DNA of 64,000 bases from Camelus dromedarius (GCF_036321535.1 NC_087437.1:44642001-44706000); one strand, 5' to 3'; positions 1-13,713 are shown, counted from the stretch's first letter. The notes: a model not told the origin generated them from the letters alone. Made by a program: numbers and translations.

Positions 1-444
1 TTTCGAAACTAATGCAAGTCTATTAGTCATGCTGTACGAAAACTCAAAGATTTGTGTATGTTCAATTACTGTTTAGGGTTCTCTCACGTTTAACTTTAAA
101 GGCACTGTTTCAGATGCTTAACAGAGCATTCTAGAGAAAAAAAGAATATAATTATTGATTTTTTTATTAACTTATAAGTATACCTCAAAGATGATTTTAT
201 TACATGAATACATTTTCCCCCCAAGAGGTAGTTTTAGAGCACAGTTAATCAGTACATTGATGACGATGTACAGGTTTTGAAGGTTTTGAGGGTACACAGC
301 TACAGAGAAAGCACTAATGTACAGCAAGCATAAGATTAATAAATTGTAATTTGTTTTTTGGCTGTACCCCTGCTTCATTTTCTAGGCATTCAGAAATCCT
401 GTAAGGTATAGACATTGAGACTGTTTCTTAAAGAACTGTTAACC

Positions 445-965
445 CATCCTTCCTTCCTTCTTTCCTTCCCTCCTTCCATTATTATTGAGCTGCTTTTATG
501 TTCTTGGTAATGAGCTAGGCATTGTGTGTCATGCAATGATGTAGAAGACTTCGTCCTTTTCTTTAAGGAATTTAGAATTTAGAGGGGAAAACCGAAGTGT
601 TTTTACATAGTGATAATGTGAATTAGAAATGGCAAGCACTGCAGAGGAGAAGAAAAAAGGTGCAGCTAGATCACATAGACCCTGAAGGTGTCAGAGAAAT
701 CAGAGGAATGTAGAAAATGAGTTGGACTTGAAAGGAAAAGTATATAGTTCAGACACGTTCAGACACGTGATATGTGAGAAGAGCAAGTAAAGTGGAAGGA
801 ATGGCTTCAGCAAAAACAGGATGAGGATATAAATCATAGAATTAAGTTTTAGCATAAAATGTATAGAGAGGAATGATAGGAAATCATGTTGGAAATAAAA
901 GGTCTGAGATTGTGAGGGGTCTTTGAATTGGGGAGAGGCGAAATCATGCAGCACTTTAAGAAGTT
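445..965 (-). mobile_element. L2 LINE 3' fragment, degraded
   Basis: ccttccttcc...attattgagctgcttttatgttcttggtaatgagctaggcattg resembles the reverse complement of an L2 3' end, followed by purine-rich L2-like body. Confidence 0.55.
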
Positions 966-1344
966 TGATTTTGTGTTGGTAATGTGTAAGGACCTAACAT
1001 CCAGGAAAACTGCAAGATAACAGATTGCACATTTCTCATAAATACTATTTCATTGTCCTATGTAAACTTTAGGTTTCAAAGGTAGTGGCTGAGGGAGAAA
1101 ATTCATGCTGGGAGAACCAGGGGACTGGAAAGCTCTATCAGGACCTCCTAGCTGGATGCTGAGTGAGGCACACTGGGCCTTGAGATTTTCATCACTACGG
1201 CCCTAGGTGTTGCCTGGAGCAACAGCAACTCAGGGCTGGTCACTGTGGCTGAGAGCAACTTCCCTGCGGTCTGAAAATCCCCTTCGGTTGGCCTCAGCAG
1301 GCTGCATGGCTGCTAGCATCTTCTGTGTGAACCGTGCAGAGTCT

Positions 1345-1511
1345 GATTCAAGGTCATTCAACCCGGACAGTTGCACAGGGCCCGCACTCGATAGGACCCA
1401 TGTTTGAGTCAATGCTCTCTACTGCCGTATGGAAATCCCTCCTACTTTTTGAACAAGAAGCCCCACGTTGTCAGTTTGCTTTGGAACCTGAAAATAATAT
1501 AGCCAGTCTCC
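1345..1511. mobile_element. MER91-like non-autonomous hAT DNA transposon
   Basis: cagttgcacagggcccgcactc...tttttgaacaagaagccccacgttgtcagtttgctttggaacctgaaaataatatagccagtc follows the recalled MER91A consensus. Confidence 0.6.
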
Positions 1512-1994
1512 GTACTATGACATGAAAATGGTTAGGAAGCAGTGAATTGCACTGTGGTCAAAATGCACTGTCATATATCCCTATAGAAAGAGCTACTAAG
1601 TTAGGAGACCAGCACTGTGCTGATACAACAAAACTGATCCTCAGCTTAAATCTTACTTTTTTTTTTTTCCCCAAAGCCATGACTTTGTGGCTGCTAGAAG
1701 CCTAAGCTAAATGTTACATTTTAATCTTGTGGTTTTCCTGATGATAAATTAAGGAAACACTTCCTAACACATTTTCTCATTTATAATCTGCCTCCTGGAG
1801 CCTGGATACCAGTATTCTTGAGCTCTGCACCCCTGCAGTTTTATCAAATTACATTCTTAGAAAACCTGAGGTAATTACTTTCCCTAATAAAAGTTCTGAA
1901 AAATGCAGCTCTGTGTTTGTAAATATTATTAGCTGCCTGATAGAGTCTTTCCGTGGTATATTCCCTTTTCTGAGTCAGAATTAATATAAAAATG

Positions 1995-1996
<2 letters not shown>

Positions 1997-2036
<40 letters not shown>
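1997..2036. repeat. (AT)20 microsatellite
   Basis: Perfect AT dinucleotide run read directly. Confidence 0.97.
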
Positions 2037-2039
<3 letters not shown>

Positions 2040-2099
2040 TTTTTTCTTTATGCAGAGTTTAGTTTATTCTCTACATTCTCTCTACTGTGAGTACGTGTG

Positions 2100-3545
2100 T
2101 ATTTTTCTCTTATTTATGTTATTGTGGTTGTTCTCTCTCCTAATTTTCATCTAATTTTTATTTTTTCACACTTATGGATGACGATAGATATTTCTACAAA
2201 GCTTAATTTATAAAATTGTGTCTACCTTCTCCATGCCTTCCCTCTGTCTCCCTCCCCTCTACGTCCCAAAGGCAAACACTTAATCGCTTTCAACATTTTT
2301 AGTTGTTACCTACGTTTTATATTTCTCTTTGCCTCTCAAGAGCGTGTTTGAGTTGAATTCATTTTTCAGCTATTATATTGACTTACCCACTATGAAAGAT
2401 ACAGATTTGATTTTCTTTTGTAAATTTCTTTTCATGCTTCATCCCTGACTTTTGCCCTTTTCTGTTTTTCCCCAAAGAATGATACCAATTTCTGTATTCA
2501 AAAGTCATTATTTATATTATTATGACTATGTGAATATGATTCACGGTGTACATTGATGGCATTTCTTTCTTGAATGACTCTTTGCTCCCTTTGAAACTAA
2601 TAGTTGTCTCATTTCATAGATGTTTCATTTTTTTTCTGTATATCTAGAACGTCTTCAAATGCTAATTCTCTGATCTTACTGTAAATATTCTCTCAATCCA
2701 TGAAGACACATCTGGTATTTCCATTATTTTTGTCTTCTGGAGACCTCCCTCCTGACCTCCTACACTTTATCCTTACGAGGTCTGCTCCACACGGGCCTTT
2801 CCAGGATTGCCCTTGGCTGAGAGCGCCTACTTAAGAATGGCAAAATTAATCTGATTTGAAGTTCTGTATATGGGTGGGATGTATTGACTGATGAGTGTTA
2901 ATTAACATAGGATATCTTGAGTGGGTTGTTTTATTGGTAGACTTCCAGATTTTCAGTATTTTTCTGTAGTGTCCTTTGATACGGTCCTACTTACTATGAG
3001 TGGATCTTCTTTTGCCCTATCTGGAGAGAAGGAGTCTGGGCACCATCAAAGCAGGACATCTGAAGAGTCCTGAGCACCATCCCATTTAAAGTGAGAGATT
3101 CCCCCTTCCCCGTGTCTGGCATCTCCCTGCTCAGTGTCCCTCTTTCAGTCTCTGCTGCAGGAAAGGCGGGAAGAGCAGGCATCATTCGCACTAACTGGGT
3201 GAGTGAGGGGTTCAGGAGGAGAGACTCCTTCCCAATCAGAATTTTGTCAAACCTCCCATTTCTAGCCTTCCTTTCCCGCTGTTTTCGTAGGTAGCTGGTG
3301 TTACCAATTCCTAAGCTTTTCTGGGTTCTGTTACAAGCTGCATTGCTTTTCAGCGTCCCCCCCTCTGCTGGCCTACGCTTGATCTGTTACATCAGTTGAC
3401 AAGCATCTGCTTCCAACTTCTAGAATCTTAGCTGTGGTCTCTCCTATTCTCTTGCCCCTTTGGATTTATATTTTTTTATCCTTTTGTTATCTTTTCAGTG
3501 AAGAATAGAAGTAAATGGCTATATGTAATCTGCCATCATTAGTTA
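2100..3545 (-). mobile_element. Ancient L1ME/HAL1-like LINE fragments
   Basis: T-rich degraded sequence ending in ...tgtaatctgccatcatt, like the reverse complement of old L1/HAL1 5' ends. A similar terminus occurs near 63760. Confidence 0.45.
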
Positions 3546-3752
3546 GGATCCATAATGGTATTTGGACTGAATTTTTATTAGGTACCTCAAATCTTTTTTA
3601 ATAAGTAGACAGAGTGTAAATAAGGAATAAAGAAATGAACTAAAATACTCACCACTCATAATTGAAATAGTTTATTACAGAGAAAAACTGCTCTTCAAGT
3701 GTTTTTAATTTCCATTTACGAAGGACTCTGTTTCTTTGTCTTTCAAAAACAG

Positions 3753-3896
3753 ATGGAAACTTCAGGCAAAACCGATCAAACCTCACCCCTCTCCTCGTGC
3801 AGCCCATCTCAGCATCTCTCGTTGCAAAACTCATCTCTTTGCGGGAAGACAGAGCCAGCAGTGGTGCCTGTACCCCTCTGGAGCTCCCCAGTAATG
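3753..3896 (+). CDS. NAALADL2: NAALADL2 internal coding exon (probably exon 6), 144 nt, phase 1-1
   Basis: Acceptor tttctttgtctttcaaaaacAG at 3751-3752 and donor G|GTaaagt at 3897. Translates (D)GNFRQNRSNLTPLLVQPISASLVAKLISLREDRASSGACTPLELPSN(E), resembling the recalled human NAALADL2 segment SNLTSLLVQPISAPLVAKLISS...CSSLELPNNE. Joins the next exon in frame. Confidence 0.93.
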
Positions 3897-5748
3897 GTAA
3901 AGTATTTAATGTCTGTCTGTGGGTCTTGTAATTTTCGTAAGGACCATGATCATTTTTAATCTCTTAGATTGTCATGTTGAGTATTACTCTTTTTTGAGAA
4001 AACATTTATGTTTGATGAGGTGAGTGTTTATTTCTCTTCCATGGCTCTTTAAGGGACTTTTTTTTTTTTTAAAGCAGTTTTGATAAAGACTGAAAATTGA
4101 CCAAGCTGAGAGATTCCAAAAAGAAGAAGAGCGTTTGAATGGCAACAAAGAAAAGCAGCTTTACAAATAAAGCATTTTGTACATTCATGAAAATCTGCTT
4201 AACACAGCCTCAGTTTCAGCTTCAGCAGTCTTGTTGCCTGCCAAGACTCAGTGGATCGCAGTCAGTTATCTGGGGTATGAAGTCTTAGTAGAAAGCATTA
4301 AAGCCTAATTCCTGCAATTGACTAAAAAAATCCCTCTGTCTTGACGCATCATTGCCCGAGAGATGCTTCTTGTACTGCAGTGCAGTTTGTCAGGCCTTGT
4401 TGGACCACATAGGATAAAACTGAAGTAGTTAAGCTACCTGTGGTGGAATGAAAGTCACGAGCTGCATCTTATTTCTGCCTCCAGCCTCAGCATTAGACTT
4501 CTGAGAAAGAGGCTGTCTTTACATATTGTGTAATTTGTATCGTGTCGCTGTGAAATTCAACTTGAAGGTTCTGTTTTTGAGTCCAGAGCTGGAGGCTCAG
4601 CTACCCATGTTTTATTTCATCTGTTTTTCTCTTGACAACAAAAGCATAAAAAAAAAAAAAAAGTTTTGAAGAGGCCTTAAAAAAATAACTGAATACATTC
4701 AGAATTGCCCTTTGTTAGAGACATATGCTTTTCAAAGTTCTGTGGATTGAGAGCCCCCTGAACTGATTAGTGATTGAACAAAGTGGGAACTACAGAAAAC
4801 AACACTTTGCTCATGTCCTCAAAGCAGGAGTGAAGAAGCTCTTGAAGGGCTTTGTGTTTTGTTTAGTTTTTTTTTTTTTCCATCTTCTATTCTGAGCCCC
4901 ACAAGTTGACCATGGGCTCTATTTGGTAAAATATGTAAATAGCACTGTAATGATAATTTACTTAGAAGAAAAGCACTGGACATCTGCAAGACCAGATTTA
5001 AGTCCAGATTTAATCAACTGATTGATTCAACGAACATTCAGAGCCTCTAATGTGTTCCAGCCACAGTCCTGCCCCCAGGGAGCTGACAGTCCCCACGCCA
5101 GCTGCCTTTGACGGCTCACACCACCTCCCTGCGGGAAGCCTTATGTCTGCATCTGCAGGAGGACATCTTATGTCCTTGTATGTCCAGTTGTTCTGAGAAT
5201 CCAGTTAGGATGTGTATCTGAGTACTTTACTGTAAAGTGTTTTGTTAGCAAGTGTCTTCCTTATCAAGTAACTATATCAATTTCCCCCAAATTTGTTAAA
5301 TGTCTGCATACTAACAGCCCAGCTAAGCAAAACAGTGCTCTGCAGCTGTATCTCTGCAGTAAGCTAGCAACATGTATGAAGCTAGAGGGAAAACTGAGAG
5401 AGATTCTGAAATTTGTTCCTAACACCAGTGTCAAAAGTAGCGACAAGACAGGCCTGCTTTCTACGTAATTCGGCTGTATCAAGTTTTCCTCATGGAGGTA
5501 GTCATTATTACTGGTTTTAGAAAATTTCAGACAGAAGTATATTTAAATCAAGATATTTCATATTACAATGGATCCTTCTTTCATCATTTTTTTTTTTCAC
5601 TCTGGAATATTACATTTTGATTTCCCAAATACCGATTGAGTAGTGTGAGTGAGTTATTACACTTAAACTGATCTTAAATGTAGGATAAATGACTCTCTAC
5701 ACCAGTGTTTTAGACAGTGGTACTCATGATACATTCAAGATAATAACC

Positions 5749-6642
5749 TTTTTTTTTTTATTGAAGTATAGTTGATTTACAGTGTTGTGTTCCTTTCTGA
5801 TGTACAGCATAGTGATTTAGTTTTTCATATGTATGTATATACATATACACATATATTCCCTTTCAAATTCTTTTTCATTATCCATTTTACAATGTATCGA
5901 ATACCATCCCCTGTGCTACACAGTAGGACTTTGTTGTTTATCTATTCTGTGTATAGTAGTTTGTATCTGCTAATCCCAAACTCCTAATTTATCCCTCCCC
6001 ACTTTTACTTTCCCCTGTGGTAATCATAAGTTTATTTTCTGTGTCTGTGAGTCTTTTCTGTTTTGTAAACAAATTCATTGTTTACAAATTCATTGTCTCA
6101 TTTTTTAGATTCCACATATAAGTGATACCATATGATACCTGTCTTTCTCTATCTGACTTATTTCACTTAGTATAATAATCTCCAGGTCCATACATGTTGC
6201 TGCAAAGGGCATTATTTCATTCTTTTTTTATGGCTGAGTAATAGTCCATTGTATAAATATACCACATCTTCTTTATCCAGTTATCTGTCAATGGACATGT
6301 AGGTTGCTTCTGTGTCTCAGCTATTGTAAATAGTGCTGCTATGAACATTGTGGTACATATATTCATTTGAATGGGAGTTTTCTCCTGATATATGCCCAGG
6401 AGTAGGATTGCTAGATCATTTGGTAACTTTATTTTTAGTTTTTTAAGGAATCTCCATACTGCTCTCCATAGTGGCTGCACCAAATTACATTCCCACCAAC
6501 AGTGTAGGAGGGTTCCCTTTTCTCCATTCCTTCTCTAGCATTTACTGTTTGTGCACATTTTAATGATGGCTGTTCTGACTGGTGTGAGATGATACCTCAT
6601 TGTAGTTTTGATTTGCATTTCTCTGATAATTAGTGATATTGA
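5749..6642 (-). mobile_element. 5'-truncated L1 (ORF2 end, 3'UTR, poly-A), artiodactyl type
   Basis: T-tail then attgaagtatagttgatttacag. ORF 6217..6483(-) is L1 ORF2 C-terminus-like (WRFLKKLKI...MFIAALFTIA...WIKKMWYIYTMDYYSAIKK). Degenerate TSD aagataataacc / aggataattaact. Confidence 0.92.
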
Positions 6643-6999
6643 AGGATAATTAACTTTCAAGTTTTCTCATAAATACAGAAGTACATTAGTTGCTCACTGT
6701 GATAGGTATCAGGATAGGACCTGAAAAGGATACAGAATGAGGCACTATAGTTTTGAACAGTAAGAGCAACACTTATAGTTTATGGGTTAAAAAATAATTT
6801 AAAACATACTATAATGTCTGACTGTTGAATTTTATAAGTATAGTCTTGAGTTTTACTGTAGGAAAATCTTAACTGAAAAGTTTGGACAGGAGTGCATTAA
6901 AAGTAGTTTTTCAAATTAATTATTTATCTTACTCATTTAACCCTTTCTATGCACTTACACAGAAATAAGTCAATAGTAGTGTAGTGGACTTTCCCTGCC

Positions 7000-7535
7000 A
7001 TGTTTGCTTTCTTAGCATATTTGCCCCTTCCTCTTTTTGAACTGTAGCCAACATTTCCCAGCAATATGGTATGAGTAGGTTTGACCATATCTTAAAGCTA
7101 TAGAAGTGGATCCTGATTGGCTCAAGTCCATTGGCATATCACATCAAATGTAATAATGATGCTTGATTCAAGGATGATCTAAGTCTGACCAAACAGGCAG
7201 ATTTCTAGACTATGTATGAGTAATAACTAACTTTAACGACAGAGCTAAACAAGAAAGCATGTGGCCCTGGGATCTTTTGGTAGCCTTTTTGGGACCTTGA
7301 GAGTATACTACCTGAAAACGGAGCCCAAACAAGGAAAGCGTAAATGATGTGGAGAAAGAGAGTGTGAGATAGCGACTGATTCTTGTCTATATCATTTGAT
7401 GCCTAAAAAAAAGCCTGTCTGAAGCCAAATCTACTGAATTAGCCATGTATATGAGTCAGTACATTTCCTTTTTTTTTTCTTTAGTCGACTCATGTTTGAA
7501 TTTCAGTTACTTGCAAACAAAACCCAACTAATACC
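7000..7535 (+). mobile_element. MaLR (MLT1J/K-like) LTR, degraded
   Basis: Ends ...gtttgaatttcagttacttgcaaacaaaacccaactaatac, typical of an MLT1 3' terminus. Confidence 0.55.
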
Positions 7536-8538
7536 GTAAAACTTAAACAAACGAGTTAACTACGGGATGCATGAAATGAACTCAGCAAAGTAAAGCAGAG
7601 AAAAGGACATTTGTATGTCAAGTCCTGGGAAAACTAAGATAATTGTTTGAGAAATAGAAAAAGAAACAGGAGAAAAGTTTTTGCCCAAGTACAGATTGTT
7701 TGCAATAATTAGATAATTGAATATTGATGCCATTTAACTTTCCATGGCCTTTCTAAAAAGTAGGTCTTGCCCATTGATCTTGTGCGTTGTCAGTCTTTGT
7801 CCTTGAGAGTCAATCAGTACATGGAAATTTGAATTTTCAGCTGTCAATCTGAGCTTGTTGTTGAACACTGAATATAGTTAAAAATGAGAGGATAAAGTAT
7901 AAACTCCATTAATGTAATTTAGGGTATAAAAATTAATAAATTATGTTAAAAGTATTTTAATATGTTTGAATTAGTTTTGATAAATAGAAAAAAGTGACTT
8001 ACTGTGATGTATAAAACAATGTCATTAGTGATGACAAGTTTTCATGTAAGAAAACTTGGATCATAAATCTTCAAATGGGTATATGTATACATATAGCTAT
8101 ATATAGCTGCTATTTCCCTATTCACAATTTTATATGTTCTTTCTTGAAAATTACTTTCACTAGAATAATATAATATCTTCTGTAATGTTTATAATTTTTA
8201 CATATTTCAAATGAATTTTGAAGAACTATATTTCTAATCTGTTAACAGCTACTTGAAAGTATGCATTATTATCATTTCTTGAACAGAAATATAAAAAGCT
8301 ATATTGAACATATTATCTACAAATTATGGTTATTCTAAGATTTATTGGCAAATAATACATACTAGCTTTTAAGGAGATACCCATTAACAAGAACATTAAT
8401 ACAGACAGATCCAGCCTTACTGTTTGTTACGTATGAGACTCATCAACCTGTTCAGAATAGCCCCATTGTTGCTGCGTGTGAAAATACCCAGGAGCACATG
8501 CTGTTTTGGTGAAAGAATGTCTTGAGACATACATGTTT

Positions 8539-8557
8539 GTGTGTGTGTGTGTGTGTG
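8539..8557. repeat. Short (TG)n microsatellite
   Basis: Read directly. Confidence 0.85.
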
Positions 8558-9869
8558 CATCAGGTATTTAATGGAGTGGTATGGATATGATACGACGTGG
8601 CTTACAGGGATTTTATAAAAGAAAAAATTCCTCAGTAGTTTAAAAAAATAAAATTGAAAACTTACTTTAGAATGGGGTGCACTTCAATAACTTCTAGCCA
8701 TCAACATGGAGGAAAATATCCAGAAGAATGTGAGGAAAAATGTGATTTGTTCAGACTTCTGTATAGCATTCACATGGATACGCTAGCTGCACTTATACAG
8801 AAAAAGTCAGCGAGCTCAACAGCTGTAGGAAAGACTGATAGGTCCTGTGATGGATGCTAGCTCGATGTTAGGATTCACTAACAGTGCCTGGTGACACCCC
8901 AATTTTATGGCTCTTCAGGCAGCCAGTTGCACAGTGAACCTGGGAGTCTGAGCTGGAAGCTGATAACAGAGTAATCTGTAGAACTAAAGATCAGCCTTCA
9001 TGAGCTGCCAGTCTGAAGTCCTTGGACAAAAGAAAAAAAAGCTTCAGAAATCACTTTGAAAGTCTGTTCATCAAGAGTCTTCGACAGAGTGAATGCAGGT
9101 GGGAAACCTATTGTCCAGAGTCCACAGAAAGTACAGGCAGTTCTCTGTTTCCTGGGGAGTGCAGGTTGGGTTTACGGAGGGTGACACGGATCTGTCATTC
9201 ACCAGAACTTCAGTTTCCAGCTGTCTGTCTTGACAGTTTTGATTTCTGGAAATGGTTCAGCTTAAAACCAGTCTCGAGCTTTGTTTGTTTGCTTGAAGAC
9301 CTAAGGACAATCTGAGTTACACACTTTTAAGCAAAATTACAAGTGTTTTCTAATTTTTAATGTTTCTCAGCAGTTTTTACAGATTCTTACATTCTTGTCA
9401 CATCTCAAGTACTTGTCACTCCTTCCGAATTGGAGAAGCTCCAACTAAATGTAGTAGCTTATATATGTGATCAAATCCCTCACCACATACCCTGTCTCTG
9501 TATTTTGAAGATCCTTTTTCCCTCAGTGGACGGTCATTGTCATTTACTCTCCTAGAAACTGCCAGTGATTCCTTAATGCCTGTCCGGTTCTATATCCCGC
9601 TCTTTCCTCCATGTAGCCACAGTTTCTCCTTCTTATTCTACTTAGTATTATCCAAATGAGTCTTGGAAGTTTGTACCTGTAAGCTGTAAAGCCCCAGTAT
9701 CCTTTACAGCACGGTGAGAGTCCTATCTCTTCCATAAAAAGCTCTTGGAAGGGTTCTAGCCCCGTTGGAAGGAGCCTCTCCTGACTCCCTGCCATGCTTT
9801 AGGCAGTTATATGCTATCTGGCATCGTGAGATGATACTCTTCTGAGGAAGAGATGAGCAAGTTAGAATT

Positions 9870-10625
9870 TTCATTAGAATATATTGTTTCCACTTTATTT
9901 CTATATGATTTCAATTCTTGCAAATTTCCTTTATAGCCCAGGATATGGTTAGTGTCCCATGAGTATTTAAAAAGAATGTGTACTGTATAGTTGTCAGGTG
10001 TAGAGTTTTACACATGTCCATTTAGACCAAGTACCTTGATCAGGTTGTCAAATATTCTGTATCTTATTTTAGTGCTAAAATCTCCCACTATGAGTACTGA
10101 TTTGTTTATTTTACCTTGTAGTTCTAGCAATTTTTGATTTATATATTTTGAGGTCACTTCTTGGATAAATTCAAATATATCAAATCCACTTGGTTAGTTG
10201 AAGTACTTACTAGATGAAGTGATCTTCTTTATATCTATAATGCATGTCTTAAATTGGATTTGACCTGATATTAATTTAGCCACATTAGGTTATGTCTATA
10301 TGCTTTATCTTTTTTTTTTTTGCTTTCAACCTTTCTGTATCTCTTTTAACACATCTTCATAACAAATAATTTGTATTTTAAATACAATCTGATCATCTTT
10401 TAACTGGAACAGCTAATCCATTACATCCATCATGATTACTAATGTATTTATGCTTATACTTTTCATCTTGATATGGGTTTCTTTTTTGCACCACATATTA
10501 TGGTTTTTTGTTTGTTTGTTTTATTATCTCTCTTTTAGTTTTAGATTACTTTGTCATTGTATTTTTCCTCTATGAGTTTAGAAATTACAAATGCTTTTTG
10601 TATGCACTTGGAGTAACCCTAGAAT
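9870..10625 (-). mobile_element. Ancient L1M ORF2 (endonuclease-region) fragment
   Basis: tatagcccaggatatggt...aaaaagaatgtgtactgtatagttgt...aaaatctcccactatgagtactgatttgtttattt resembles antisense old L1 ORF2. Confidence 0.6.
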
Positions 10626-12047
10626 TAGAGCCTCTTAGGTGCCTCTTCACCTGCTCTGCTCCATGCGGGGTAACTCTCTTTGCCTTCCCCTGGAAGAGAG
10701 TGGGGAGTGCCTTCCTGTAGAAGTCCTACTTAATGGAGGAAGAGTCTCTTTTTTTTAGAACTATCTTCTTCTCGCCACCTTGGACAGGCCCAGGGCTTTT
10801 CCTTCAGACCTTTGTATCTAATGAAACTACCAAGATTATAAAATTCTCCAGGTTTAGCCATTCCCTCAGATTGAAAAGCAGTTTTATTGCTTTACTTATC
10901 TGGATTTCCATCACAACTTATATTTTGATCTAGTAATTAGGCTGAAATGCAATTTCTGAGAAAATTCAATATGGCAGGAAGTACACAGTGTCTGGGGCAG
11001 ATCTGAAATCAGTTTGTATACATCGATGTGGACGTTCTAGTTATTTGCTGCTAGTGCATTCTGATCGATCAGCGTATGTATGCTACAGCAGTTGATAAAT
11101 ATTTAAAATGAGACCCTTGATCTAGAACATATGATGTCCAGTCACTAGTATTGGTTCAGAAAAACATTTGGCAGTAGTGAGATACCAGGTGGGAAAATGG
11201 AGCACCCAGAAAGCTGTACAAATTATGATGATATAGACTCCAGAAGCTCTTAGACAGGTAAGCTGTTGACATTTAGGAGAGATGGGTCATCAAACCTGGG
11301 ATTCTAGAGCAGATTCCAGTCCCTAGAGTGCAAGAAAATTGAAAAAAATTAAATAAAATAAAAAATAATTCAGAGCTCCAATCCTAGAAGTTCTAAAGTC
11401 AGGCAGCCAAGAAAGAGATGTAGGTATACAAAATGAGACAAGTATCCAGTTAAAATTAGGAACTCTAGGAAGTACTATGTCTAGGAAACCAACACAAGCT
11501 TAATTACTGTAATTGGGACTCAGAGTTAGCAGCAATTGTTGGTCCTCAAATCTCTCTAAGATTGGGATTTTCCCTAGTACTGGGCATGCTTACTCAGTGC
11601 AGGCAGACAAAGTGTGAAGCTTTGTTACCTACTGGGGAAGAAGACAACCGAGAACCAGCTGAGTCCTGATAATAGCAACCAAAATGCAAGATAGAATTAC
11701 CTCTGAAACGTGATTTCTGTAGTGGGTTATTTTTCTCTGCACATGATGAAATTAAGGACTGGAAAGAGGCAGCTGCTTTTATGTCTCTCAGCTCTGACAT
11801 TCCTCTCCCTATTTGAATACAAATGTTCTCTGTGTAGAATACATTTTTGTCATCTTGAAATCTTTTGAACTTCACATGTCAAATTTGAAGTTGCCTTCAA
11901 ACTATGAGACATGAAAGACAGAAAACATTTGGTAAATGTGAGCTGGAAATGTTATCTTAAAGTGGCAATACAGACACATACATACACACATGCACTGGGT
12001 TTCTAAATATCTAAAGGTTCCCCAGGATTTTGTAATTTCAGAAGTAC

Positions 12048-13440
12048 TTTTTTTTTCATTTTGAAATACATTCAAACTTATAGAAAAGTTGCAAGAATAT
12101 CACAAATAGTTTTCTTTTTTTTTTTTTCCCTCAACTACCCGAGTAAGGTACAGCTATGGTAAACAGTCACATCTGAATTCTCCCCCAGAACAATGATGTT
12201 CTGCCCAGACAGCACAACCATCACAATCAGGAATTAAACACTGATGCATTTCTACCATGCACACCATTCAAATTTTGCCAGTTGTCTCAGTAATGTCCTA
12301 AATAGCAAATAGATCTAAACTAGGATCATGCATTGGGTGTTGTCAGGTCTCCCATTTCCTTCAACCTGGAACAGTTTCTTTTCTTGACTTTCATTGCTTT
12401 ATCACCCCTAAAAGCTTACATGCCAGTTATCTCTAGAACGTCCCCCAGTCTGGGTTTATCTGATGTTTCTCATAAATATATTTAGGCTCCAAGTCTTTGG
12501 CAGCAATATTACAAAAGTGAGACTGTGTTTCCCATTGCTGATATTAGTTTGTCCCATTACTGGTAGTGCTAACTTTGATCATTTGTTTAAAGTGGTATCC
12601 ACCAGATCTCATTAAAAAGTTATTCTTTATTCTTTTTTTTAATATATAATCAGTAAGCATTTGAAATCATGCAAACATCTTGCCCCCACCATTTCTGCCT
12701 TTACCCACTGATTTTAATATTTATTGATATTTCTTATCCAAATAGTCATTACCAAGATGATGCTAACAGTGACCTTCCAAGTCCATTATCCCTTCTGCTT
12801 TTATTAGTTGGCATTGTACTGTAAAGAACTTTCTTTTTTTGTATCTGTTTGTATGTTTCTTTATTTATAAATAGTATCAATTTATTACATAATTTAGATT
12901 TATATTCTTAATGTATTTAATGGGTTGTAGTCCAATCCTATTTTTATTTTGATACTCAAATTGTCCCAGGTCAACCAGTGGCAGCAACTTCTACCTGGGA
13001 TCTGTGTCCTCTGGCATATTGTCAAAATTATTCGTGTATTTCCTTGGTTTTTGACTCAGCAAGGTGTACCAAATTATTTCCCCACTCCAACCCTATTATT
13101 AGCCCTTTCTCCAAAGAGTCTTAGTTTCTTTGAGTAGAGAATTCTGTCTAGAAAAGATAGTAGATTCTAGACATGCTTATTACTTACTGGAGTGTTGATT
13201 CTTTCAGGACCTTTTATTAAATAAAGCTGGGAAAATATTTTAGGACTATATTTTTATATAAATACATAAATATTATTAATATACATATATATGAATATAA
13301 ATCTATATTTTATATCTATTTATCTACATATCTATCTGAAAAACCATTAATACATATGAAAACCTAGTTTCTTTCTCCTTTCATGTTTGTAAATCCCATC
13401 TCTGACAGTAAGAAATCTGCTTCTCATTGCTTCTTCCACA
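12048..13440 (-). mobile_element. L1MC4/L1MC5-like 3' end
   Basis: tttttcattttgaaatacattcaaacttatagaaaagttgcaagaata start, plus internal 'tgtcccattactggtagtgctaactttgatcatttg' motif. Confidence 0.7.
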
Positions 13441-13688
13441 GGAATGCCTTTCCCACTACATTATGGCTCTGACAATTAAGCGAGGCACTGCCACACATGG
13501 ACTGTTCACCCTGTATCGAATACTCTGCCTATTCCCCATGTGCAGTGCAGCTAACTTTCTCACTCTCCTCAGGCTCCAACACTGTGTGCTGTTTAGCTCT
13601 TGAATGAAGATGACCCTAGTCAGCTTTAATGACTTCTCTCATTATACTGTTCCCCCTGACAGTTGCTTTCCTCTCCATATTCAAACTT

Positions 13689-13713
13689 ACACACACACAC
13701 ACAGACACACACA

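Noticed and set aside
3699..3959. 86-aa ORF (…METSGKTDQ…) overlapping the first exon
   Set aside because: Wrong frame. The NAALADL2-like translation is in another frame and is bounded by splice sites.
6217..6483. ORFs resembling reverse-transcriptase protein C-termini (also 16099-16410, 39576-39761)
   Set aside because: Fragments of truncated L1 ORF2, not host genes or intact elements.
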